Made by a program: the position numbers and the translations under genes
Part shown: piece by piece, positions 42,222-51,325 of the stretch
Layout of the letters: each line of letters starts with the position of its first letter
Position numbering within the stretch: position 1 is the first letter of the stretch
The notes under the pieces: model-generated
Told to the model about the DNA's origin: nothing
Databases searched by the model: none
What the model saw: only the letters and a program-made list of their open reading frames with translations
Source: an uncultured Verrucomicrobiae bacterium
GTDB lineage: Bacteria; Verrucomicrobiota; Verrucomicrobiia; Palsa-1439
Assembly: GCA_963812605.1 (NCBI GenBank)
Contig: CAWEWF010000005.1
Coordinates: forward strand, 1 to 64,000
Length of the DNA stretch: 64,000 bases
Reading direction: 5' to 3'

Positions 42222-43235
42222 ATGCAAACATTGTTACGAGGCAAGGACTACATCGAGACGCCGGACTGGACGAAGGAAGAACTGGAAACCGTGCTCGAGG
42301 TCGCGGGCGACCTAAAGAAGCGCTTTGCGCTGGGCGAAGCGCATCGGCTGCTGCAGGACAAGACGTTGTTCATGATGTTCTTCGAGCAGAGCACGCGCAC
42401 GCGCAATTCGACCGAAGCCGCCATGACGCAACTCGGCGGTCACGCGCACGATCTGACGCCCGACAAGATGCAGATTTCCCACGGCGAAACGCCGAAGGAC
42501 ACGGGCAAGGTCCTGTCGCGCTACGGTCACGGCATCGCGATCCGCAACTGTTTCTACGGTGTCGGCAACCAGTACCTTCGCGAAGTGGCCGAGCACGCCT
42601 CCATCCCGATTGTCAGCTTGCAGGATGACGTTGACCACCCGTTACAGGCCATTGCCGACCTGATGACGATGCGCGAGAAGTATGGCAACAACCTGCGCGG
42701 CGTGAAATGTCTCGTCTCGTGGACCTATGCGCCCGCCTATGCGCGTCCGCTCAGTGTGCCGCAGGGATTGATCTGGCTGCTGCCGCGCTTTGGCATGGAC
42801 GTGACGCTTTCGCATCCGAAGGAATTCAATTTGATGCCGCGCACCGTCGAGGCGGCGAAGAAGTTCGCCAAGGAAAACAAGACCAAGTTCGAGATCATCC
42901 ACGACATGGACGACGGCTTCAAGGACGCGATCGTTTGTTATCCGAAATCGTGGGGGTGTCACCAGTATCTCTCCGACCAGGGTGTGCCCGAAGCCGAGCG
43001 CAAGGAAGCGGGTATGAAGATCCTCAACAAGTACAAGAGCTGGGTCTGCACCGAGAAGCGGATGAAGATGGCGAAGAAGGAAGCCTGCTACATGCACCCG
43101 CTGCCCGCCGACCGCGGCGCGGAAGTCGAGGACGCCGTCATCGACGGCCCGCAATCCGTCGTGTTCGACCAGGCGGAGAACCGCTTGCATACCGTGAAGG
43201 CGATTTTGTCGTTGGTGATGGGTGGAAGACCCTGA
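42222..43235 (+). CDS. Transcarbamylase of the YgeW-like/knotted branch
   Basis: 'STRT', 'HPLQ', 'HPLP'; 'SWTYAPAYARPLSVPQG' resembles the YgeW 'WAYSPSYGKPLSVPQG' loop. Confidence 0.8.
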   Translation: MQTLLRGKDYIETPDWTKEELETVLEVAGDLKKRFALGEAHRLLQDKTLFMMFFEQSTRTRNSTEAAMTQLGGHAHDLTPDKMQISHGETPKDTGKVLSRYGHGIAIRNCFYGVGNQYLREVAEHASIPIVSLQDDVDHPLQAIADLMTMREKYGNNLRGVKCLVSWTYAPAYARPLSVPQGLIWLLPRFGMDVTLSHPKEFNLMPRTVEAAKKFAKENKTKFEIIHDMDDGFKDAIVCYPKSWGCHQYLSDQGVPEAERKEAGMKILNKYKSWVCTEKRMKMAKKEACYMHPLPADRGAEVEDAVIDGPQSVVFDQAENRLHTVKAILSLVMGGRP

Positions 43236-43315
43236 AGTGATTTTGGATTGGGGCGAAGGCGAACTGGTCGCGATGACCGTTGCCTCTCTCAAGACGCTTC
43301 GTTCCCGCAGTCGAT

Positions 43316-43348
43316 AATCGAAAATCGGCAATCCGGAATCCAAAATTC
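43316..43348. repeat. 7-nt AATC-type tandem repeat
   Basis: AATCGAA AATCGGC AATCCGG AATCCAA AAT. Confidence 0.5.
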
Positions 43349-43399
43349 CTCCATCCGGCTCGACGTTCACGAGAATTATTGCGATAGTCGCCACTTCCT

Positions 43400-43882
43400 A
43401 TGGGTACGCAGAAACGTCGCGACATTGGATTTATCATCATTGGGATTTTCAAATTGGTGAAGGGAGTCTTGTTGCTCGCCTTCGGCCTGGGCGCCTTGTC
43501 GTTGATTCACCGCGACGCGGCGCAAGTCTTCCGTCACTGGGCCCATGTGTTCCAGGTCGATACGGACAGCAAATTTGTCCAATACTGGCTGGTCGAGGTG
43601 GGCCTGGTACAGAAGCGCGATCTGGCGCTGATTGTCACGACCTCCCTTTTCTACTCGGCGCTCCTGTCAACAGAAGGCATCGGCCTGCTGATGCATAAAG
43701 TGTGGGCGGAATACCTTACCTCGATCATCACTACGTCCTTCATCCCAATTGAAGTCTATGCGCTGGTAAGGCACGCGACCGTCGCGCGTATCAGTTTGCT
43801 GTTGTTAAATGTTCTCGTGGTGGCTTATCTGGTGTTTCGGTTGGGTCAGCGGAATCGTCTGGATAAAGCGTCCGCAAGCTGA
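43400..43882 (+). CDS. DUF2127 membrane protein
   Basis: 'IGIFKLVKG', 'EGIGL...WAEYLT...FIPIEVY'. Confidence 0.85.
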   Translation: MGTQKRRDIGFIIIGIFKLVKGVLLLAFGLGALSLIHRDAAQVFRHWAHVFQVDTDSKFVQYWLVEVGLVQKRDLALIVTTSLFYSALLSTEGIGLLMHKVWAEYLTSIITTSFIPIEVYALVRHATVARISLLLLNVLVVAYLVFRLGQRNRLDKASAS

Positions 43883-43893
43883 TTCCGGCGATC

Positions 43894-44241
43894 TTATTTC
43901 GAACCGGTTTCGAGATGGAATTTGTGGAGGAACCGATGCACCACTGGGGCGAACATCACGCCCACGCTGGTAATGAAGGCCACGCCGCTGAACAGCGCAT
44001 AGAACGAAGCGAACCACTTGCCGGCATCGTGATGCAGTTCGTTGACGGGGCCCATGCCTGATAAAATCATCGACGCATTGACCAGCGCGTCGAGCCAGCC
44101 GAGCCCTTCGCTGAGATGATACCCAATGATCCCCATCGCCAGGCTCACGCCCACCAGTCCCAATCCGATTCCCACGTGTCGCAGCAGGCGGCGGTGGTAT
44201 TGTGGACGTGACGCCAGCGGCTGTTGTCGACGCTCGAACAC
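43894..44241 (-). CDS. Small two-TM membrane protein (ion-channel-like pore motif)
   Basis: 'WLDALVNASMILSGMGP...GKWFASFYALFSG...HRFLHKFH'. Confidence 0.75.
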   Translation of the reverse strand: MFERRQQPLASRPQYHRRLLRHVGIGLGLVGVSLAMGIIGYHLSEGLGWLDALVNASMILSGMGPVNELHHDAGKWFASFYALFSGVAFITSVGVMFAPVVHRFLHKFHLETGSK

Positions 44242-44355
44242 GCGCCGAGCTATACCGCTTTCCGCCGCTTGCGGCCAGAGGAATTTCCGCGGTTCGAAAG
44301 GATGGTACAATTCTCTGGGCAAATTTTATGTCAAGGGATATTCTGGATCCCGACC

Positions 44356-45294
44356 ATGAAGACCATCGTTATCGCCATCGGCGGCAATTCTCTCATCAAA
44401 GACGACCAGCACCGGAGCGTGCCTGATCAATACGCAGCAGTGGTGGAAACCGCACGCCATATCGTCGACCTGGTCGAAAGCGGTTGCCGCGTTGTGATCA
44501 CCCACGGGAACGGCCCGCAAGTCGGGTTCATCCTCCTGCGCAGTGAATATTCGCGCGGGATCTTGCATGAAGTGCCGCTGGATTCCATCGGCGCGGACAC
44601 GCAAGGCGCGATTGGTTATCAGATCCAGCAGGCGATGCAGAACGAATTGCGCCGGCGCAAAATGAGACAGTCGGTCGCGACGGTGGTGACGCAGACGTTG
44701 GTGGACAAGAATGATGCCGCTTTCCAAAAACCCACCAAACCCATCGGCCAGTTTTATAAAAAGGAAGAGGCCGAAGACCGCATGCGCGTCGAAAAATGGA
44801 CGATGGTCGAGGATGCGGGTCGCGGCTGGCGGCGCGTGGTGCCATCGCCAAAACCCGTTCGGATTATCGAAGCGGACATCATCCGTCACCTGGTCGACGC
44901 CGGCTACGTCGTCATCGCGGCGGGTGGGGGCGGGATTCCCGTGGCGCAGGATGAACAAGGGAATCTTCATGGCACCGCGGCGGTCATTGACAAGGACCTC
45001 GCATCCGCCGTGCTCGCGAAGGAAATCGCCGCCGATCTGCTGGTGATTTCAACCGCGGTCGAGAAGGTCTGCCTCAATTTCGGCAAGCCCAACCAGAAGG
45101 CGCTCGACCGCATGACGATTGCGGAAGCCAAACAGTATCTTGGCGACGGGCATTTCAAACCCGGATCGATGTTGCCGAAAGTCCAGGCCTGCATCCACTT
45201 TATCGAGGAAGGCGGCACGGAAGCGCTCATTACCTGTCCCGAAGTTCTCTCCTCGGCCCTCGCGGGCAAGACGGGTACCTGGATGGTGAAATAA
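44356..45294 (+). CDS. arcC: Carbamate kinase
   Basis: 'IAIGGNS', 'THGNGPQVG', 'GRGWRRVVPSP', 'AVIDKD', 'GSMLPKV'. Confidence 0.95.
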   Translation: MKTIVIAIGGNSLIKDDQHRSVPDQYAAVVETARHIVDLVESGCRVVITHGNGPQVGFILLRSEYSRGILHEVPLDSIGADTQGAIGYQIQQAMQNELRRRKMRQSVATVVTQTLVDKNDAAFQKPTKPIGQFYKKEEAEDRMRVEKWTMVEDAGRGWRRVVPSPKPVRIIEADIIRHLVDAGYVVIAAGGGGIPVAQDEQGNLHGTAAVIDKDLASAVLAKEIAADLLVISTAVEKVCLNFGKPNQKALDRMTIAEAKQYLGDGHFKPGSMLPKVQACIHFIEEGGTEALITCPEVLSSALAGKTGTWMVK

Positions 45295-45331
45295 GCTTTA
45301 ATCAAGCCCTGATTCGGCTTATCATTCCCTG

Positions 45332-48055
45332 ATGTCCGTGGCAACTGCTAATCAGATCGAGTTTGCGCTCAATGGCGAAAACGTCTCGACGGAAGTCGAC
45401 GACGAGTTGATGCTGTTGAACCTTCTCCGCGATAAGTTCGACATTGTTTCCCCCAAGAACGGCTGCCAGCCAATGGGCCAATGCGGTTGTTGCGCGGTCA
45501 TGGTGGACGGCAAGGTAATGCTCTCGTGTGTCGTCAAAGCCAAAACCGCGGCGGGGAAAAAGGTCACCACGCTGGAGGGGCTGGCCCTGGCGGAGCGCGA
45601 ACTTCTGGCCCGGGCTTTTGTGACGACGGGCGGCCTGCAATGCGGTTTCTGCATTCCCGGCATCGCCATGCGCGCCAAGTGGATGCTGGACCAGAATCCG
45701 GCGATGCCGCGCGATGAAATTGCCCGCTGGCTCGGTCCCCACCTTTGCCGTTGCACCGGCTACACCAAGATTCTGGACGCGATCGAGCTGGCGGGAAAGG
45801 TCCGCCAAGGCGAAAAATTTCCCGAACTCGACGAATCAGGCCGCGTGGGCACATCCCTGGCCATAGTCGAGGGCGTTGACAAGGCCCTTGGCGACAAGAA
45901 CTATATCGACGATTTGAAGGTGCCGGGTCTCCTGCTGGGCGCGTTTGTCTTCTCACCGCATCCGCGCGCGAAAGTGTTGAGAATTGATACCAGTGAAGCC
46001 GCCAGTATGCCCGGCGTCACGAAGATCATTACCGCGCGGGACGTGCCGGGCGCAAAGTGCGTCGGCCTCATCTACAAGGACTGGCCTGTGTTTATTGGCG
46101 AAGGCGAGGAAACCCATTGCGTGGGCGACATTATTGCGATGGTCGCTGCGGTGGATGAACGCACCGCTCGCAAGGCCGCGAAGCTTGTCAAAATCGACTA
46201 CGAAATCCTCAAGCCTGTTCTTACGCCCGAGGAGGCGATGGCCCCGGACGCGCCGCTGGTACATCCGCCGAAAGCGAACAAGCTCTGCCAGACCGGGATC
46301 ACGCGCGGGGACTTTGAGAGCACGTGGCAGGCGTCGGCGCACCGGATCAATACCAAGGTGCAAACCCAGCACATCGAGCATGCCTTTCTCGAGCCGGAAT
46401 CCTGTCTGGCGATTCCGTTAATGAACGGCGCGACCACTGCCCGGCTGGGCAATTTATCGAAGGACCAGCAGGCTGCGGCGCTTACCGCCCTGGCCAACGG
46501 CGCGGAACTCATCGTGTATTCGCAAGGACAGGGAGTATATAACGACCGCGACCAGATTGCGGACGTCCTTGGTCTTCCGCACGAGAAGGTTTATGTCGAA
46601 CTCGTTAGCAACGGCGGGGCGTTCGGCGGCAAGGAAGACCTGGCGATGCAGCAGCACGTTGCGCTGATGGCCTGGCTCACGAAGCAGCCCGTCAAAGCGA
46701 CATTCTTGCGCACGGAGAGCACCCGCTACCATCCGAAGCGGCATCCAATCAAGTTCGAGTACTGGGCGGGCTGCGACAAGGACGGACATCTCACCTGCGT
46801 GAAGGTCCGCGCCGTCGGCGACAAGGGTGCGTACGCCTCCGTTGGCACCAAGGTTCTCGAACGCGCGGGCGGCCACGCGTGTGGCCCTTATAAAGTCCCG
46901 GTCATCGATATTCAATCCGTCGGCGCCTATACGAACAATCCGCCCTGCGGCGCGATGCGCGGGTTTGGCGCGAACCAGGCCGCGTTCGCCATCGAGACGG
47001 TCATGGACATGCTGGCGGAGAAAGTCGGCATCGATGGTTGGGAAATACGCTGGCGCAACGCGCTCGAGGTTGGCGACATGTTCGCCACGGGCCAGGTGCT
47101 CAAGCACAGCGTGGGATTGAAGAAGACGTTGCTTGCGGTCAAGGATATCTACCGCAACTCCAAGTACGCAGGCATCGGCTGCGGCATTAAGAATGTCGGC
47201 ATCGGCAATGGCGCCGAGGATGGCGGGCGCGCCATGATTAGCATCGAGGAAGATGGCACGATTGTCGTGCGCACCGGTTTTACCGAGATGGGGCAGGGGC
47301 TGTTCACGGTGCAACTCCAGACTTTCTGCGAGGAAACGGGCCTCGCGCCGGGTCTGGTTCGCGTCGTGACAGATACGCGGTACGGGCTCAATTGTAACCA
47401 GACCACCGGCTCGCGCGGGACGCTGCTCGGTTGCCAGGCGGTGCGCGCGGCCTGCGCGAATTTCAAACCCGATTTGGCGGCGCTGATAAATGGTGGAGGA
47501 CGCGAAGCGAAGAGCGTCACGAAGGAAGAGTTGAAAAAACTCGCGGGGCGGGAATGGTACGGCGAGTTCATCGTGAAGGACACGCACCCGCTCGGGTACA
47601 CCGGCCCGAACGTGAAAACGCACATCACGTACGGATTCGCCACGCAGGTCGTCATCCTCGACGATGACGGCAAGCTAAAAAAAGTCATTGCGGCGCATGA
47701 TGTCGGCAAGGTGATGAACCCCGTGCTGCTGGCGGGCCAGATCGAAGGCTCGATCCACATGGGCCTGGGCTACGCGTTGACCGAGGAACTGCAGCTTGAG
47801 GGCGGCCAGATCGTGAGCAAGGATTTGCGCGCGCTCGGCATCCTCCGGGCGAAGGACATGCCCGAAATCGAATGCATCTTCATCGAGGAGAATGAACCCG
47901 CCGGACCCTATGGCGCCAAGGGCGTCGGCGAAATCGGACTCGTGCCGACAGCGCCCGCCGTTGCCGGCGCGCTCTTCAAGTACGACGGGATTCGTCGGAC
48001 AAAACTTCCCATGAAGGACAGTCCGGCGGCGCGGGCCATTCTCGGTAAGAGGTAG
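45332..48055 (+). CDS. Xanthine dehydrogenase family molybdoenzyme with fused 2x[2Fe-2S] (selenium-dependent Xdh-like)
   Basis: 'GCQPMGQCGCC', 'QCGFCIPG', 'CRCTGY', 'GGAFGGKED', 'AMRGFG', 'GAKGVGE'; no FAD domain. Confidence 0.88.
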   Translation: MSVATANQIEFALNGENVSTEVDDELMLLNLLRDKFDIVSPKNGCQPMGQCGCCAVMVDGKVMLSCVVKAKTAAGKKVTTLEGLALAERELLARAFVTTGGLQCGFCIPGIAMRAKWMLDQNPAMPRDEIARWLGPHLCRCTGYTKILDAIELAGKVRQGEKFPELDESGRVGTSLAIVEGVDKALGDKNYIDDLKVPGLLLGAFVFSPHPRAKVLRIDTSEAASMPGVTKIITARDVPGAKCVGLIYKDWPVFIGEGEETHCVGDIIAMVAAVDERTARKAAKLVKIDYEILKPVLTPEEAMAPDAPLVHPPKANKLCQTGITRGDFESTWQASAHRINTKVQTQHIEHAFLEPESCLAIPLMNGATTARLGNLSKDQQAAALTALANGAELIVYSQGQGVYNDRDQIADVLGLPHEKVYVELVSNGGAFGGKEDLAMQQHVALMAWLTKQPVKATFLRTESTRYHPKRHPIKFEYWAGCDKDGHLTCVKVRAVGDKGAYASVGTKVLERAGGHACGPYKVPVIDIQSVGAYTNNPPCGAMRGFGANQAAFAIETVMDMLAEKVGIDGWEIRWRNALEVGDMFATGQVLKHSVGLKKTLLAVKDIYRNSKYAGIGCGIKNVGIGNGAEDGGRAMISIEEDGTIVVRTGFTEMGQGLFTVQLQTFCEETGLAPGLVRVVTDTRYGLNCNQTTGSRGTLLGCQAVRAACANFKPDLAALINGGGREAKSVTKEELKKLAGREWYGEFIVKDTHPLGYTGPNVKTHITYGFATQVVILDDDGKLKKVIAAHDVGKVMNPVLLAGQIEGSIHMGLGYALTEELQLEGGQIVSKDLRALGILRAKDMPEIECIFIEENEPAGPYGAKGVGEIGLVPTAPAVAGALFKYDGIRRTKLPMKDSPAARAILGKR

Positions 48056-48087
48056 CTCTGGACAGTGGGCTGGCCCGGCCCGCTCTA

Positions 48088-48145
48088 TGTAGCCGCGAAA
48101 CATTTTCGCGGCGGGCAAGGGCCGCGAATACGATTCGCGGCTACA
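48088..48145. repeat. GTAG-type REP-like doublet
   Basis: TGTAGCCGCGAAACATTTTCGCGGC ... GCCGCGAATACGATTCGCGGCTACA. Confidence 0.75.
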
Positions 48146-48343
48146 ATCCGGTGACGCTGTCAAAATGCGCTCTGCGGCGTCTTTCGGAGCAGGAAAGATT
48201 GTATCACGGTCGTCCTGCTGTACACTCCGCTCCTCATGTATCAATTTGTGCGGACACGGCGCGGCTTTTAGCTCTTGCCTGCTGTAGCCGCGCTGAGCGC
48301 GGAGTTTGACTTGCGCGGCGGTTACTCTAAACTTTATTTGCGC

Positions 48344-49558
48344 ATGGGCACTGAGTCAAAAGAGAATCGGACCGCGTGCAGCATTGTGGGCGGCGGCCCG
48401 GCTGGCGTCATGCTGGGTTTCCTCTTGGCACGGGCCGGTGTCGAAGTCATGGTGCTGGAGAAGCACAAGGACTTTTTCCGGGACTTCCGCGGCGACACGA
48501 TTCATCCTTCCACGCTGGAGCTCATGCGCGAACTTGGTTTGCTGGAAGAGTTTCTCCGCCAACCGCACCAACAATTGCAGCAAATCACCGCTCATTTTGG
48601 CGACCAGATGGTGCACATCGCCGATTTCTTCAGTGTTCCCACCAAATGTAAATTTGTCGCGCTGATGCCGCAGTGGGACTTTCTGAATTTTCTCTCCAGC
48701 CACGCCAGGAAATATCCACAATTCCAACTGCGAATGGAAACGGAAGTTACGGACTTGATTGTTGAAGATCAGCGAATTGTTGGAGTGCACGCGGTCACGC
48801 CGAATGGACCGCTGAACATCCGTGCCGACCTGGTCGTGGGTGCCGATGGCAGGAGTTCCACCGTTCGCGCCCGGGGTGGACTCGAAGTAATTGACCTCGG
48901 CGCGCCGATTGACGTGCTTTGGTTCCGAGTGTCGAAGCAACCGAACGACCCGGCGCAGGCGTTTGGGTTTGTCGCCGCTGGGCAATTCATGGTGCTGATT
49001 GATCGCGCCGAGTATTGGCAATGCGCCTACGTCATCCGCAAGGGTGGTTTTGAGAAGCAACGCGCCCGTGGCCTGGCGGCCTTTCGCGAAGACATCGGGC
49101 GCTGTACCCCGTTCCTAGGGTCGCGCATGGGCGAGATCAAGACATGGGACGATGTGAAGCTCCTCTCTGTGAAAGTCGATCACCTGCGCACGTGGTATCG
49201 GGAAGGCCTGCTGTGCATCGGGGATTCCGCGCACGCGATGTCTCCCATTGGCGGCGTGGGAATCAATCTGGCGATTCAAGACGCCGTGGCGACGGCGAAC
49301 CTGTTGGCGGAAAAACTTCGGACCCGCCAGGTCAAGATGGCGGATCTTCGCTCGGTGCAAGTACGCCGCGAGAAACCAGCGCGGCTCACACAAAAAGTCC
49401 AGGTTTTTCTCCACAAACATTTACTGGAGCGGATTTTCGATTCCCCCGAGACCATCCCGCCACCGCTGCTTATGCGGCTGTTCGAGGAATTCCCCCGTCT
49501 GCGGACTCTCCCTGCGCGCATGATCGGAATCGGTTTTCGACCCGAGCATATTCAGTAG
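48344..49558 (+). CDS. FAD-dependent oxidoreductase/monooxygenase
   Basis: 'IVGGGPAG', 'RDFRGDT', 'GADGRSS', 'IGDSAHAMSPIGGVGINLAIQD'. Confidence 0.9.
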   Translation: MGTESKENRTACSIVGGGPAGVMLGFLLARAGVEVMVLEKHKDFFRDFRGDTIHPSTLELMRELGLLEEFLRQPHQQLQQITAHFGDQMVHIADFFSVPTKCKFVALMPQWDFLNFLSSHARKYPQFQLRMETEVTDLIVEDQRIVGVHAVTPNGPLNIRADLVVGADGRSSTVRARGGLEVIDLGAPIDVLWFRVSKQPNDPAQAFGFVAAGQFMVLIDRAEYWQCAYVIRKGGFEKQRARGLAAFREDIGRCTPFLGSRMGEIKTWDDVKLLSVKVDHLRTWYREGLLCIGDSAHAMSPIGGVGINLAIQDAVATANLLAEKLRTRQVKMADLRSVQVRREKPARLTQKVQVFLHKHLLERIFDSPETIPPPLLMRLFEEFPRLRTLPARMIGIGFRPEHIQ

Positions 49559-49622
49559 CGAAACGTCCGCGCAGGGATAGGCAGTAAGAACCGCAGCGTT
49601 CAGTCGTTCCACGCCACTCGCT

Positions 49623-49886
49623 TCAGTCGCGGTAGGCTTCGCTGCGATGACGCACCGCAACGATGTCAATGTTCCGTCGCGGGTCGTCCAGCGAATAGAC
49701 CACGCGGTAATCGCCAACGCGGATCCGCCACAAGTCCTGAGCGCCTTTGAGTTTTTTGCAACCGGAAGGGCGGGGTTGCAGCGCCAAGACTTCGATTTTG
49801 GGGAAAATCCGCTCGACCAGGTGTCTCGGCAGATGCTCCAATTCTTTGCGCGCGGTTCGACTGAAGGTGACCGCGTACTCAGCCAC
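49623..49886 (-). CDS. RelE/ParE family toxin
   Basis: 'PRPSGCKKLKG...WRIRVGDYRVVY...VRHRSEAY'. Confidence 0.92.
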   Translation of the reverse strand: MAEYAVTFSRTARKELEHLPRHLVERIFPKIEVLALQPRPSGCKKLKGAQDLWRIRVGDYRVVYSLDDPRRNIDIVAVRHRSEAYRD

Positions 49887-50070
49887 GGAGTTTCCCCGAA
49901 CGAATCAAGCGCCGCTTCACGCTCGCCAAAGACTCACGCGGCACATGCGCACGCTTCCGTGCGAGCAGGACATCATAAAAATCCTCCCACACATCAGCAT
50001 GTTTCTTCAGGTCAATGACCGCAGCCGTCTTATGCCCCCGATCGTCCACAAGGAATTGCACTCCGCTCAT
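49879..50070 (-). CDS. Cognate antitoxin
   Basis: 63-aa ORF overlapping the relE start; 'GVQFLVDDRG.KTAAVID'. Confidence 0.75.
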   Translation of the reverse strand: MSGVQFLVDDRGHKTAAVIDLKKHADVWEDFYDVLLARKRAHVPRESLASVKRRLIRSGKLRG

Positions 50071-50193
50071 GCTCGTACTGTAAGAACGGACGGAGAACTT
50101 GTCAAACCCCGCTTCGCGTGGGTGACAAAATCGGCAGTAGTGGAACCGGGCAAGACCCTGCCGCATCTAAACTATAGGGGTTCTGATAAACAC

Positions 50194-50655
50194 ATGAAAC
50201 CTTATCATGCCGAAGGATCGAGGATCATCAAGGCGCCGCCGGAGCGGGTGTACGCGATTTTGACCGACTACCGAAATGAACATCTGCGCATTCTGCCGAA
50301 GCCCTATTTCATGTCTCTCCAGGTCGAAAAGGGCGGGGTCGGGGAAGGCACGCTGATCAATTTCCAGATGAGTGTGCTCGGAAAAACGCAGAACTTTCGC
50401 GCGGCGATCACCGAACCCGAGCCGGGCCATGAACTCGACGAAATCTACCTCGAACCCGAAGGCGTTATCACCCGATTTTTCGTCCGCTCTTTCGGCCACG
50501 ACAAACAGTCGCAGGTGACCATCCAGACCGAGGGCACAATTCACAGCAAGGGTGTCCTCGGTTGGTTCGAGCGGTTCTTCGCCGCGATGTACCTGGAGCA
50601 CGTTTTTCAAAAAGAACTGGAACTGCTGGCCGCTTCCGCCGAAGAGAATCAGTGA
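50194..50655 (+). CDS. SRPBCC (polyketide cyclase/START-like) protein
   Basis: 'IKAPPERVYAILTDY...ITEPEPG'. Confidence 0.8.
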   Translation: MKPYHAEGSRIIKAPPERVYAILTDYRNEHLRILPKPYFMSLQVEKGGVGEGTLINFQMSVLGKTQNFRAAITEPEPGHELDEIYLEPEGVITRFFVRSFGHDKQSQVTIQTEGTIHSKGVLGWFERFFAAMYLEHVFQKELELLAASAEENQ

Positions 50656-50738
50656 ACTCTTTGACGCGGTGACGTCCGAAATCCACGCGACGAATCCTCT
50701 TTATGCTTTCCCCGCGGTTCCATCGGAGGTGTAATGGC

Positions 50739-50870
50739 ATGATGAATTGGATGCGCGCGGCGTTGACGGTGTTGGCCGGAGGGTTCGTGGCGTCGCTCAC
50801 CGATTGGCTGTTCATGGGCGATTGGCCCTACTTGATTCCCAGCTTCGCTTTCACTTCGTCAGCGCTGTAG
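50739..50870 (+). pseudogene. 5' fragment of a membrane protein gene, truncated by the adjacent insertion
   Basis: GGAGGT SD then MMNWMRAALTVLAGGFVASLTDWLFMGDW, which runs into the antisense of the next gene. Confidence 0.5.
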
Positions 50871-51010
50871 GTGCTCTTGCCCTCATTCACTGCGCGCGCC
50901 TCCAGCAGGTCGAGGTAATCCTGAAGATCGCCCATTTCCTCACGCATCTTGCGAATCTGCTTGAGGACTTGCGCCTGCTGCTTCTGAAAGTTTGCGGTTG
51001 GCTTAATCAT
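50828..51010 (-). CDS. Orphan antitoxin-like small protein
   Basis: 'LQDYLDLLEAR...TYSADEVKAKLGI' resembles RelB-type antitoxin C-termini. Confidence 0.6.
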   Translation of the reverse strand: MIKPTANFQKQQAQVLKQIRKMREEMGDLQDYLDLLEARAVNEGKSTYSADEVKAKLGIK

Positions 51011-51081
51011 AAACGTCCTTCCGATGCCCGATCTTCTGTATCAGGATTATATCACCTCTTACATTCAATAAAACCCGATAA

Positions 51082-51325
51082 TCACTCATCCGCACATGGG
51101 CCGAAACGGTTCCCGGTGTCATCGACAATCGTTCCGTCGGGATGCACCGTTACGGGGACCACGTATTCCTCAATGGTGATGGCATCACCGAAATCTCGTT
51201 CACCATCCAGAAACTGTTCGAGGTGGATCATAACGTTATCGACAATTTCCTTTTGCGCCTCCAACTCAGTTTCAAAAATGACGTACTTTCCCTCGCCATC
51301 ACTCACGACGGGCACAGGCCCTTGA
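51082..51325 (-). pseudogene. Hypothetical acidic protein, probably 5'-truncated
   Basis: Coding-like 'PVVSDGEGKYVIFETELEAQKEI...'; abuts the DUF2075 fragment head to head. Confidence 0.45.

Noticed and set aside
45332-48055. Selenocysteine recoding in the Xdh-like gene
   Set aside because: The ORF has no in-frame TGA; this enzyme class uses a labile Se cofactor if any.
51142-51324. N-terminal extension of the DUF2075 ORF from 51142
   Set aside because: It is the antisense of the 51082-51325 fragment; helicase-like sequence begins only near 51325.
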